From an uncultured Conexibacteraceae bacterium (lineage in GTDB: Bacteria > Actinomycetota > Thermoleophilia > Solirubrobacterales > 70-9), in assembly GCA_963820055.1 (NCBI GenBank), contig CAWFYJ010000005.1:153393-217392 (forward strand): a stretch of DNA of 64,000 nucleotides. Reading direction: 5' to 3'. Position numbers and translations under genes: made by a program. Positions within the stretch are counted from its first letter, which is position 1; the number at the start of each line of letters is the position of its first letter. This document shows positions 37,632 to 46,298 of this stretch, piece after piece. Under the pieces are notes generated by a model that ran no database searches, had not been told where the DNA came from, and saw only the letters and a list, made by a program, of their open reading frames with translations.

Positions 37632-38252
37632 GTGGAGGGCGGGTTCGTCTCCCGCGGCTTCGGCGGCAACCGCCGCCGGGTCCCGGATGAGCTCGCCGAT
37701 CGGATTCCGCCCGGCCAGTACCTGGAACGCGGCTTTCCGGTCCTGACCGCCGGGCCGACCCCGGAGATCGACACCGGAGCCGCCTGGAGCTTCGCCATCG
37801 ACGGCATGGTCGCGGCGAAGCGCCGCTGGTCGTGGGCGGAGCTGAACGAGCTTCCCCAGGAGGACGTCCCCTGCGACATCCACTGCGTCACGAAGTGGTC
37901 GAAGCTCGGGACCAGCTTCCGGGGCGTCTCGCTCGACGTCCTCTTCGCCGAGGCCGAGCCGCTCGACGCCTACGCGATGGCCTACTGCTTCGGCGGCTAC
38001 ACGACGAACCTCGACGTCGAGGACCTGACCGACGGCAAGGCGTGGATCGTCACCGAGCACGAGGGCGAGCCGCTGCCCCGCGAGCACGGCGGGCCGGCGC
38101 GGCTGCTCGTGCCGCACCTCTACTTCTGGAAGAGCGCCAAGTGGATCGCGGGGTTGCGGATCAGCGACCACGACGAGCCCGGCTTCTGGGAGGCGAACGG
38201 GTACCACAACCGCGGCGACCCCTGGCGCGAGGAGCGGTATTGGACGGACTGA
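37632..38252 (+). CDS. molybdopterin-dependent (sulfite-oxidase-like) oxidoreductase
   Basis: GTG start 2 nt after the upstream stop. Oxidoreductase_molybdopterin motifs (CDIHCVTKWSK, HGGPARLLVPHLYFWKSAKW). Confidence 0.85.
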   Translation: MEGGFVSRGFGGNRRRVPDELADRIPPGQYLERGFPVLTAGPTPEIDTGAAWSFAIDGMVAAKRRWSWAELNELPQEDVPCDIHCVTKWSKLGTSFRGVSLDVLFAEAEPLDAYAMAYCFGGYTTNLDVEDLTDGKAWIVTEHEGEPLPREHGGPARLLVPHLYFWKSAKWIAGLRISDHDEPGFWEANGYHNRGDPWREERYWTD

Positions 38253-38968
38253 CGCCGGCGCCGGCAGCACCGCGCGCGCCCGGCCGCTGGCAGATCGCGA
38301 CGGTCGAGGCGATCGTCCGCCAAACGCCGTCGGTCAAGTCGTTTCGCCTGGCGCTGCCGATGTGGATGCCCCATCTGCCGGGGCAGCACTACGACGTCCG
38401 GCTGACCGCCCCGGACGGGTACTCGGCCCAGCGCTCCTACTCCGTGTCGTCCTCGCCGCTCGACGAGGGCGTGATCGAGTTGACGATCGACCGGCTCGCC
38501 GACGGTGAGGTCTCGCCCTACTTCCACGACGTCGTCGAGGACGGCGATCAGGTCGAGGTCCGCGGGCCGTTCGCCTCGTACTTCGTCTGGCGCGGCGAGG
38601 GGCCGGTGCTGCTCGTCGGCGGGGGCTCCGGGGTCGCGCCGCTGATGGCGATCCTCCGCCATCGCCGCCGGATCGAGCCGGAGCTGCCGATGCGCCTCGT
38701 CTACTCGGTCCGCAATCCCAAGGACGCGATCTTCCCGGCCGAACTGGCCCCCGACACGGTCCTCACCTACACGCGTCTGGCCCCGCCCGGTTGGGAGGGG
38801 CGGACGGGCCGGATCGACGCAGAGATGCTCGATTGGGACCATGAGCCCGCGGTCGCGTTCGTCTGCGGCTCGAACGGCTTCGTCGAGTCGGCGGTCGGCC
38901 TCCTGCTCGGCTCCGGGCTGCCGGCCGAGCGGATCAGGACCGAGCGCTTCGGGCCGACCGGCGCCTAG
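38240..38968 (+). CDS. FNR-like FAD/NAD(P)-binding ferredoxin reductase-type oxidoreductase
   Basis: TTG at 38240 overlaps the upstream 3' end. RSYSVSS (FAD motif) and LLVGGGSGVAPLMA (NAD motif). Confidence 0.82.
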   Translation: MDGLTPAPAAPRAPGRWQIATVEAIVRQTPSVKSFRLALPMWMPHLPGQHYDVRLTAPDGYSAQRSYSVSSSPLDEGVIELTIDRLADGEVSPYFHDVVEDGDQVEVRGPFASYFVWRGEGPVLLVGGGSGVAPLMAILRHRRRIEPELPMRLVYSVRNPKDAIFPAELAPDTVLTYTRLAPPGWEGRTGRIDAEMLDWDHEPAVAFVCGSNGFVESAVGLLLGSGLPAERIRTERFGPTGA

Positions 38969-39816
38969 CCGGCGACGTCCGCCTCGACTGCCCGATTCCA
39001 GGCCGGCTTGTCCTCGCGCCAGCCCTCCTCCGTGCGGCGCCGCTTCCAGTAGCCGGAGATCGAGAGGTCGGCGATGGGCAGCCCGCGTTCGGCGAGGAGG
39101 TGCCGGCGCAGCTCCCGGACGGCTCCCGCCTCACCGTGGACGAATCCGTGGACCCGGCCGGGCGGAAAACGCAGGTTCCGCACCGCCTCGACGACGGGGT
39201 CAGGCTCGAGCTCAGCGGCGGCGTCGCGATGGACCCAGACGACGTCGAGGTCCCCGGGCGATTCGAGCGGTTGCTCCTCCTCGGGGCCGTCGACGGCGAT
39301 CACAGCGCGGACGGGACGGCCGGCGGGGACGCGTTCGAGCGACGCCGCGATGGCGGGGAGGACGCAGGCGTCGCCGGCCATCAGGTGCCAATCGGCCTCA
39401 GGGTCGGGCGCATAGGCCCCGCCTGGACCGATCAGCTGCACCCGGTCGCCGGGCTCGGCCGCGGCGGCCCACGGTCCGGCGACGCCGGAACTGCCGTGGT
39501 TGACGAAATCGATCGTGAGCTCGCCCCGCGTCGCGTCCCAGGCACGTACCGAGTAGGTCCGCACCCGCGGCCAGCGGTCGCGCGGCAGGTCCGCCTTGAC
39601 CTGCTCGAGGTCGAACGGAGCCTCGTAGCCGGCTCCCTCCGGGGGGAGCTGGAGCTTCACGTAGTGGTCGCTGAATGGGCCGGCCGCGAAGTTCTCGAGG
39701 CCGGCGCCGCCGAGGGTCAGGCGGATCACCTGCGGGGTCAGATGCTCGGTCGCGACGACCTCGGCGACCCGCGGGGGAGTCCGCTTGGTCGACATCTTCT
39801 TCGCCGGTGCATCCAC
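38965..39816 (-). CDS. siderophore-interacting protein (FAD_binding_9 plus SIP C-terminal domain; ferric-siderophore reductase type)
   Basis: RTYSVRAWD ... LTIDFVNHG ... GPWAAAAEPGD ... ISGYWKRRRTEEGWREDK. Confidence 0.88.
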   Translation of the reverse strand: MDAPAKKMSTKRTPPRVAEVVATEHLTPQVIRLTLGGAGLENFAAGPFSDHYVKLQLPPEGAGYEAPFDLEQVKADLPRDRWPRVRTYSVRAWDATRGELTIDFVNHGSSGVAGPWAAAAEPGDRVQLIGPGGAYAPDPEADWHLMAGDACVLPAIAASLERVPAGRPVRAVIAVDGPEEEQPLESPGDLDVVWVHRDAAAELEPDPVVEAVRNLRFPPGRVHGFVHGEAGAVRELRRHLLAERGLPIADLSISGYWKRRRTEEGWREDKPAWNRAVEADVAG

Positions 39817-39877
39817 CGCAGGCAGGGTAGGGCGGAGGGGTGACCGGACGTTTCAAAGGTCGGTGATCGGGCAATAG

Positions 39878-39920
39878 TTGCGCATGCAAGTGTTCCCTGC
39901 TAAGGTCATTGCATAAGCAA
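39878..39920. promoter_or_regulatory. two TTGC-N4-GCAA inverted repeats, candidate operator pair
   Basis: TTGCGCATGCAA lies at 39878-39889 and TTGCATAAGCAA at 39909-39920, centres 31 bp apart. Both are in a markedly AT-richer divergent promoter region between the SIP gene (-) and yceI (+). Confidence 0.45.
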
Positions 39921-39964
39921 AGTTTGTACCAGCAAGCAAAATGATTACAGGAAGCGAGAAGGAC

Positions 39965-40522
39965 ATGAGCACAGCGATTGAGACGGCAGTCATTCCGGCG
40001 GGCACCTGGGCCATCGACACGGCCCACACCAAGGTCGGCTTCGCCGTCAAGCACATGGGCGTATCGACGGTTCGCGGCGAGTTCCGCGAGTTCGACGGAG
40101 CTCTCGAGGTCGCCGAGGACGGCACCCTGAGCGCCCACGGCACCGTGAAGGCGGCGTCGGTCCACACGAACCAGGACCAGCGCGACGAGCATCTCCGCTC
40201 GGCCGACTTCTTCGACGTCGAGAACTACCCGGAGATCACGTTCCAGTCGACGAGAATCGAGCGCGTCGATGACGAGAACTACAAGATCGTCGGCGACCTG
40301 ACGATCCACGGCGTCACCAACAGCGTCGAGCTGGACGCCGAGCTCGGCGGCGTCGACGTCGGCATGCAGGACGAGCACCGGACCGGCCTCGAGGTCACCG
40401 GGCAGATCTCCCGCAAGGCCTACGAGATGAAGTTCAACGCGGCCCTCGGCAGCGGCAACGCCGTCGTCGCCGACAAGGTGAAGCTGGCCCTCGACGTCGA
40501 GGCCGTCAAGCAGGACGCGTAA
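39965..40522 (+). CDS. YceI family protein
   Basis: GTWAIDTAHTKVGFAVKHMGVSTVRGEF ... DQRDEHLRSADFFDVENYPEITF. ATG at 39965 follows GAAGGA. The ORF-track start is 39941. Confidence 0.9.
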   Translation: MSTAIETAVIPAGTWAIDTAHTKVGFAVKHMGVSTVRGEFREFDGALEVAEDGTLSAHGTVKAASVHTNQDQRDEHLRSADFFDVENYPEITFQSTRIERVDDENYKIVGDLTIHGVTNSVELDAELGGVDVGMQDEHRTGLEVTGQISRKAYEMKFNAALGSGNAVVADKVKLALDVEAVKQDA

Positions 40523-40544
40523 GCGGACCAAGGGCGACGAGCAC

Positions 40545-40584
40545 GGCGGGCGACTCCGGGACGGGTCGCCCGCCGTTTGCTGTT
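40545..40584 (+). terminator. rho-independent-type terminator after yceI
   Basis: GGCGGGCGAC (40545-40554), loop TCCGGGACGG, GTCGCCCGCC (40565-40574), then GTTTGCTGTT. Confidence 0.6.
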
Positions 40585-40650
40585 GCGTCCCGGTACCTGA
40601 TTCGGTCGTCGGATGTTTGAGATGCCCGGCGGGCGGCAAGTACTGCTGGG

Positions 40651-41134
40651 ATGGCAGGGTGGTCCGAACAGGCGCAGCAGCGCGGCGAGCGGGAGCAGGA
40701 GCGCATCGATCGCAATCTGTCCGACCTCATGCAGGAGCTTCGCGTGGCGTTCCCCGGGGATCCAGTTCCTCTTCGCCTTCCTCCTCGTCGTCCCGTTCCA
40801 GCAGGGTTGGACCGATGTCGGCGGTGTCGAAAAGCGCGTCTATTACGTCGCCCTGGTCCTCACCGCGGTCGCGTCGATCTGCTTCATCGCCCCGAGCGCC
40901 CGACATCGGCTGCGCTTCAGGGCGAGGGATCTCGATTGGGTCGTGACGAGCTCGAACCGGTTGATGGTTGCGGGGCTGATCTGTCTCGGCGGCGCCATGA
41001 TCGCCGTGATCCTCCTGATCACGATGGTCGTCTTCAGCCATGCGTTCGCCTACATCGCGGCCGCTCTGATCGCCGTTCTCATCGCCTGGGCGTGGTTCGG
41101 GTCGCCGCTGATCCGGGACATGCGCCATGACTGA
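40651..41134 (+). pseudogene. DUF6328 family membrane protein, frame broken once
   Basis: The N-terminus MAGWSEQAQQRGEREQERIDRNLSDLMQELRVAFPG is in the frame of ORF 40651. Skipping one G of the G4 run at 40756-40759 continues as IQFLFAFLLVVPFQQGW..., in the frame of ORF 40613..41134. Confidence 0.75.
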
Positions 41135-41798
41135 CCGCGAGCAGGACATCCCGGCGGCGATCCTCGATGTCGACGGCACCCTCGTCGACTCCAACTACCA
41201 GCACGCGATCGCCTGGTTCCGCGCCTTTCGCGAACACGACGTCACGCCGCCGATCTGGCGCATCCACCGCCACATCGGGATGGGCGGCGACCAGCTCGTC
41301 GCCGCCGTCGCCGGCGACGACGTCGAGGAGGAGCACGGCGACTCGCTCCGGGACGCCGAGAAGCGGCTCTACTCGGAGCTCGTCGGCGAAGTCTGCGCGT
41401 TCGACGGTGCCGGCGAGCTGATCGCTGAGCTCGCCCGCCGCGGCAGCGAGGTCGTCCTGGCCAGCTCTGCGAAGGAGGACGAGGTCGAGCACTACATCGA
41501 GCTCCTCGACGCCGGCGAAACCGTCTCCTCCTATACGACATCCGACGACGTCGAGAAGACCAAGCCGGAGCCGGACCTGATCGAGGCCGCGCTCGAGAAG
41601 ATCGAGGGCGATGGGGCGATCATGGTGGGCGACTCGACCTGGGACATCGAAGCTGCCGCCCGCGCCGGCGTGCCGACGATCGCCGTGCTGACCGGCGGCT
41701 TCTCCGAGGCGGAGCTGAAGGATGCCGGCGCCGAGGCGGTCTACGAGTCGATGCCCGCCCTGATCGCCGACCTCGAGAACACCGGCTTCGCGGGCTGA
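41127..41798 (+). CDS. HAD family hydrolase
   Basis: Motif I ILDVDGTLVDS, motif II ASSA, motif IV VGDSTWD. Confidence 0.88.
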   Translation: MTDREQDIPAAILDVDGTLVDSNYQHAIAWFRAFREHDVTPPIWRIHRHIGMGGDQLVAAVAGDDVEEEHGDSLRDAEKRLYSELVGEVCAFDGAGELIAELARRGSEVVLASSAKEDEVEHYIELLDAGETVSSYTTSDDVEKTKPEPDLIEAALEKIEGDGAIMVGDSTWDIEAAARAGVPTIAVLTGGFSEAELKDAGAEAVYESMPALIADLENTGFAG

Positions 41799-41862
41799 GC
41801 CCGCGTTTTCGCCTCCGGGTCCCGGGTAGACCGGAATCGAAGGCGAACAAGGAGGAAACGTC

Positions 41863-42204
41863 ATGCCGCCTCGCGGGGTCAAGAAAGGGACGAAGCGGGC
41901 TCGTCAGTACGAGCACGTCAAGCAGAGCGAGAAGGATTCCGGCCGCTCCGAGGAGCGCGCGGAGGCGATCGCGGCACGGACCGTCAACAAGGAGAAGGCC
42001 AGGTCCGGCGAGTCACGGACGAAGTCGAAGAGCTCGACGAGCGACAAGTCGTCCGGGGAGCGCGGCGGCCAGCGTTCCGGCAACGGCGCCGGCGGCCGCA
42101 CCAAGCAGCAGCTCTACAACGACGCCAAGAAGATGAACATCAGCGGCCGATCGAACATGAGCAAGCAGCAGCTGCTCGCGGCCGTCAACAGGAAGGGTGG
42201 TTGA
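41863..42204 (+). CDS. small basic protein with Rho_N/SAP-like C-terminal domain
   Basis: AAGGAGGAAACGTC ATG. Lys/Arg/Ser-rich, with C-terminal QQLYNDAKKMNISGRSNMSKQQLLAAV. Confidence 0.7.
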   Translation: MPPRGVKKGTKRARQYEHVKQSEKDSGRSEERAEAIAARTVNKEKARSGESRTKSKSSTSDKSSGERGGQRSGNGAGGRTKQQLYNDAKKMNISGRSNMSKQQLLAAVNRKGG

Positions 42205-42401
42205 CGATGCAGATGCCGACACTCGAGGTCCCGAGCCCGCCGACGCCGCATCCGCAGCCCGATCCCGGGCCGCCGGAGCCGCCGCAGCCGGACCCGACGC
42301 CGCCGAGTCCCTCGCCGGACCCGGCGCCCAGCGACCCGATCCCGCCCTCGGAGCCGACGCCGCAGCCGGACCCCTCACCCGAGCCGCCGATCACGACCTG
42401 A
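42201..42401 (+). CDS. possible proline-rich small protein (66 aa) translationally coupled to 41863..42204
   Basis: TTG overlaps the upstream TGA (TTGA), and ATG at 42207 is in frame. Third codon positions are almost all G/C. Repetitive P-[DE]-P composition. No family recognised. Confidence 0.35.
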   Translation: MTMQMPTLEVPSPPTPHPQPDPGPPEPPQPDPTPPSPSPDPAPSDPIPPSEPTPQPDPSPEPPITT

Positions 42402-42407
42402 TCCGGG

Positions 42408-43463
42408 TCAGGGGACGGGAAGGAGCCTCGGGTTCGGGTGCTCCTCCCGGCCGACCTTCGCGACCGGCTCTCCGTCGACCCTGACCACGTCGGCGGTGAA
42501 GTCGTTCTTGCCGCGGAGCAGGGCGGAGCCGACGCCATAGGAGTCGACCGGTGCTCCCGCCGCTTCGAAGGCGGCGATGCGCTCGGCGTCGAATCCGCCG
42601 GACGCGACGATGCGGACGCCCGCGTGACCCGCGTCGTCGAGGGCTCCTCGGACGTGCTCGGCGAGTGCGACGGTGACGCCCGGTTCGGCTTCCGGGTCGG
42701 CGCCGGCGACGCCGGCGTCAACGAGCGACTCCGAGGTGTCGAGCCGGACGCCCCAGAGGTCGCCGCCGAGGGCGTCGGCGACCGCAACGGCCGTCGCGGC
42801 CGAGTCGTTCACGAAGTCGACCAGCACGGTCACGTTCATCGCGTCCGAGTAGCGGCCCGCGAAATCCCGGGCGGCCGCAACCGTGTCGCCGCCATAGGCG
42901 GCGATAAGCGCGTGCGGGACCGTCCCGACGCCGCGACCGCCCCACCAGGACGCCCCTGCGTCGGTCGAGACTCCGATCGCGCCGGCGACGTGGGCGGCCC
43001 AGCCGTCGCCGGTCTGGACCAGCCAGTGGTCGTGGCGGGCGGGAAAGAAGAGGATCGGCTTGCCCCCGGCGGCCGCCATCACCGCCGCGACGTTTCGCAT
43101 GACGAGCGACCGTCGCGAGAGCGTGCCGAGGTAGACCGTCTCGAGATGGGCGAACAGCGAGTAGTTGCCGCGGATCGTCAGCACCGTCTCGCCGGGGGCG
43201 ATCCGGTCGCCCTCGTGGAGTGCCCGGACCTCGAGGCGGTCCCAGCCCGGCGTCCAGAGACCGTCGCCGTTGCGGGAGCCGGCGCCGAGGCGCAGCACCG
43301 CGATAGCTTCGTCGATGCCGCCGAGCAGCGAGTCCTGCTTCTGGAAGACCTGCATGAGGACCTCGGGGTGCCGGTCCTCGGCTTCGAGCAGCTCCTTGGT
43401 CAGGTTGAAGTAGGCGTCGGTGTACCAGCCGCTGCGGAGCCGTTCGACCGGGAGGTTGAACAC
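42408..43463 (-). CDS. nicotinate phosphoribosyltransferase (QPRTase-fold, archaeal/actinobacterial type)
   Basis: The N-terminus LRSGWYTDAYFNLTKELL and the overall 351-aa layout are typical of this family. Confidence 0.8.
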   Translation of the reverse strand: MFNLPVERLRSGWYTDAYFNLTKELLEAEDRHPEVLMQVFQKQDSLLGGIDEAIAVLRLGAGSRNGDGLWTPGWDRLEVRALHEGDRIAPGETVLTIRGNYSLFAHLETVYLGTLSRRSLVMRNVAAVMAAAGGKPILFFPARHDHWLVQTGDGWAAHVAGAIGVSTDAGASWWGGRGVGTVPHALIAAYGGDTVAAARDFAGRYSDAMNVTVLVDFVNDSAATAVAVADALGGDLWGVRLDTSESLVDAGVAGADPEAEPGVTVALAEHVRGALDDAGHAGVRIVASGGFDAERIAAFEAAGAPVDSYGVGSALLRGKNDFTADVVRVDGEPVAKVGREEHPNPRLLPVP

Positions 43464-43608
43464 CGCGGCCTCGAGGCGCTTCGGCTGTCGGTTCTCGGCG
43501 CGGATCGTTTCCGGCTACCCCTCCGTGCGGTGGGGAAACCCCGCTCCGTAGTCCGTTCCCCGGCTACTACGGAGGTGGCGTGGGTGCAAAGGCGATACGA
43601 ATCGGGCG

Positions 43609-44331
43609 ATGCTCGAACTCGTGCTCGTCGCGACCGCGACTACGTTCGCGACCGGCCTTGGGGTGATCCCGGTCGTGCTGCTCGGCGAGCGTGCCGAGAA
43701 CCTTCGCGCCGGCCTTCTCGGCATCGCCGCCGGGGTTATGGCCATCGCGGCGATCGCCGGGCTGCTCGCTCCCGCCCTCGACGAGGGGAGCTTGGCTGAC
43801 GTCGCCGTCGGCCTCCTCCTCGGGATCGGCTTCCTGCTCCTCGCCAGGCACCTGATCGACGAGGCTCCGCCGGGCGCGATCGCCGACGGCAACAGGACCT
43901 GGATCCTCGTCTTCCTGGTGCTGCTCGTCCACAGCCTTCCCGAGGGCTTCGCGATCGGCACCGCCTACGCCTCGACGACCGCCGGTCTCGGCCTGTTCAT
44001 CGTCGTCGCGATCGGCATTCAGAACGTCCCGGAGGGGACCAGCACCGCGATCCCGATGGCGGCCGCCGGCTACGGCGGCTGGGCGCAGTTCTGGGCGGCG
44101 GTCGCAACGAGCGTCCCGCAGCCGATCGGAGCGGTCATCGCCTATCTGCTTGTCGAGGAGATTTCGGCGCTGCTGCCGATCTCGTTCGCGTTCGCGGCCG
44201 GCGCGATGCTCGCGCTCGTCGTCGTCTCGGTTCTGCCCGATGCCCTCCGGGAGCGTCCCCGCGACGCGGTGATCGGCACCGCGCTCGGCGCTTTGTTCAT
44301 GCTCGCCTTCAGCGCCGTTCTCGGGGTCTGA
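43609..44331 (+). CDS. ZIP family metal (zinc) transporter
   Basis: HSLPEGFAIG and IGIQNVPEG signature helices. Confidence 0.88.
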   Translation: MLELVLVATATTFATGLGVIPVVLLGERAENLRAGLLGIAAGVMAIAAIAGLLAPALDEGSLADVAVGLLLGIGFLLLARHLIDEAPPGAIADGNRTWILVFLVLLVHSLPEGFAIGTAYASTTAGLGLFIVVAIGIQNVPEGTSTAIPMAAAGYGGWAQFWAAVATSVPQPIGAVIAYLLVEEISALLPISFAFAAGAMLALVVVSVLPDALRERPRDAVIGTALGALFMLAFSAVLGV

Positions 44332-44373
44332 GGCGCCTGCCGCGAACCAGGCGCGGGGCGCTAAGGTTGCGGC

Positions 44374-44616
44374 ATGGACGACGCAACGCTACGCGACCAG
44401 ATCGAAGAGCTGGTTGCCGAGGAGAAGCGGCTGCTCGACGGGTCGGTCGACCACGGCCCCGACGAGGCTCGGCACGCCCGCCTCGCGGAGATCAAGGTCG
44501 AGTTGGACCGACGCTGGGACCTGCTCCGGCAGCGCGAGGCACACGAGGAGTTCGGACTCGACCCGGACAACACGTCGGACCGCGGCGAAGAGACCGTCGA
44601 GGGCTACGAGCAATAG
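44374..44616 (+). CDS. DUF2630 family protein
   Basis: 80 aa. LRDQIEELVAEEKRLL ... RLAEIKVELDRRWDLLRQR. Confidence 0.8.
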   Translation: MDDATLRDQIEELVAEEKRLLDGSVDHGPDEARHARLAEIKVELDRRWDLLRQREAHEEFGLDPDNTSDRGEETVEGYEQ

Positions 44617-44622
44617 GCCCCG

Positions 44623-44653
44623 TCGCCGCGCGAGGCGCGGCGGAGGTTCTTCG
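44623..44653 (+). terminator. GC hairpin after the DUF2630 gene
   Basis: TCGCCGCGC (44623-44631), loop GAG, GCGCGGCGG (44635-44643, one G-T pair), then AGGTTCTTCG. Confidence 0.35.
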
Positions 44654-44729
44654 AAGGTGACCGATTAGTCCCGCGGCGCGGGCAGGTCTCCATGGGAAAT
44701 CGAAACGTGAAGGCGGAAGGGGCCAAGGC

Positions 44730-46283
44730 ATGGCAGAAGGCACGGCAGGGTTGAACGAGAGCGGGAACGTGAACGGGAACGGGGCGGAGCCCGAGGGCGG
44801 CGCGGTCGACGAGCGGGCGCGATGGATCGCGCTCTACGTCCTCTGCGCGGGCGTGCTGATGATCGTCCTCGACGCGACGGTCGTGAACGTCGCGCTGCCG
44901 GCAATCCAGGACGACCTCGGGTTCTCCCAGTCGAGCCTCGCCTGGGTCGTCAACGCGTACCTGATCGCCTTCGGCGGCCTGCTGCTCCTGTCCGGTCGCC
45001 TCGGCGACCTGATCTCGCGCCGCGAAGTCTTCCTCACCGGGCTCGCCGTGTTCACGATCTCGTCGTTCGTCTGCGGGCTCGCACAGAGCGACGTGATGCT
45101 CGTCGCGGCGCGGTTCGCCGCCGGCGTCGGCGGCGCGATGACCGCTGCCGTCGTGCTGGGAATGATCGTCACGATGTTCCCGGAGCCCCGCGAGCAGGCG
45201 AAGGCGATCGGCGTCTACGCGTTCGTGGCCTCGGCGGGCGGCTCGGTCGGCCTGCTCCTCGGCGGCGTGATCACCCAGGCGATCAGCTGGCACTGGATCT
45301 TCTTCATCAACATTCCGATCGGCGTCCTGACCGGGTTCTTCTCGATGCGGCTCCTGAAGCGGGACACGGGCCCAGGCTTCGGCCAGGGCGCCGACGTGCT
45401 CGGCGCGGTCCTGATCACCGCCTCGCTGATGCTCGGCGTCTACACGATCGTCGAGCCCGCGGCCAAGAACGGCTGGGGCGACCCGCTGACGCTGGCGCTC
45501 TCCGCCGCCTCGGCGTTGCTGCTCGTCGCCTTCATCGTTCGCGAGTCGACGACCCGCAACCCGCTGGTGCCGCTGCGCATCTTCAAGTCGCGGAACGTCT
45601 CGGGCGCGAACGCGATCCAGGCGCTGACCGTGGCCGGGATGTTCGGGCTCTTCTTCCTAGGCGTGCTCTACCTCCAGGAGGTGCTCGGCTATGACGCGCT
45701 CGAAACCGGACTCGCGTTCCTGCCGACGACGCTCGTCATGGGCACGCTCTCGGTCCGCTACGCCGAGCCGCTGATCATGCGTTTCGGCGCCCGGCGCACG
45801 CTGCTGCCGGGCCTCGTCCTGATCGCGCTGGGCCTCGGGCTGTTCGCGATGGTGCCCGTCGACGGCAATTACGTCACCGACGTCCTCCCGTCGACGTTGC
45901 TGCTCGGCGCCGGCGTCGGCACCTGCTTCCCGGCGCTGATGACGCTCGCCATGTCCGGTGCGACCCGCGAGGACGCCGGGCTCGCCTCCGGCCTCGTCAA
46001 CACGACCGCCCAGGTCGGGGCGGCGATCGGGCTCGCCGTGCTCGCGACGTTGTCGGCGACCCGGACCGACGACCTGCTCGCAGAGGGCAAGTCGACGGCG
46101 GTGGCCCTCACCGGCGGATATGAGCTCGCCTTCTGGGTGGCGGCGGGCCTCGTCGTCGCCGCGATCGCGGTCGCCCTCACGGTGCTCGAGACCGAGCCGC
46201 CGCAGGGGCAGGAGGCCGAGGTCGGCGCCGACCACCAGACCGATCGCCGCGCCGGCGAACCGGCTTATTCCGAAGCCGGCTAG
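44730..46283 (+). CDS. MFS transporter, DHA2 (EmrB/QacA) family
   Basis: LDATVVNVALPAIQ motif and 14 TM segments. Confidence 0.9.
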   Translation: MAEGTAGLNESGNVNGNGAEPEGGAVDERARWIALYVLCAGVLMIVLDATVVNVALPAIQDDLGFSQSSLAWVVNAYLIAFGGLLLLSGRLGDLISRREVFLTGLAVFTISSFVCGLAQSDVMLVAARFAAGVGGAMTAAVVLGMIVTMFPEPREQAKAIGVYAFVASAGGSVGLLLGGVITQAISWHWIFFINIPIGVLTGFFSMRLLKRDTGPGFGQGADVLGAVLITASLMLGVYTIVEPAAKNGWGDPLTLALSAASALLLVAFIVRESTTRNPLVPLRIFKSRNVSGANAIQALTVAGMFGLFFLGVLYLQEVLGYDALETGLAFLPTTLVMGTLSVRYAEPLIMRFGARRTLLPGLVLIALGLGLFAMVPVDGNYVTDVLPSTLLLGAGVGTCFPALMTLAMSGATREDAGLASGLVNTTAQVGAAIGLAVLATLSATRTDDLLAEGKSTAVALTGGYELAFWVAAGLVVAAIAVALTVLETEPPQGQEAEVGADHQTDRRAGEPAYSEAG

Positions 46284-46298
46284 CGCCGCCGCCCGGGC

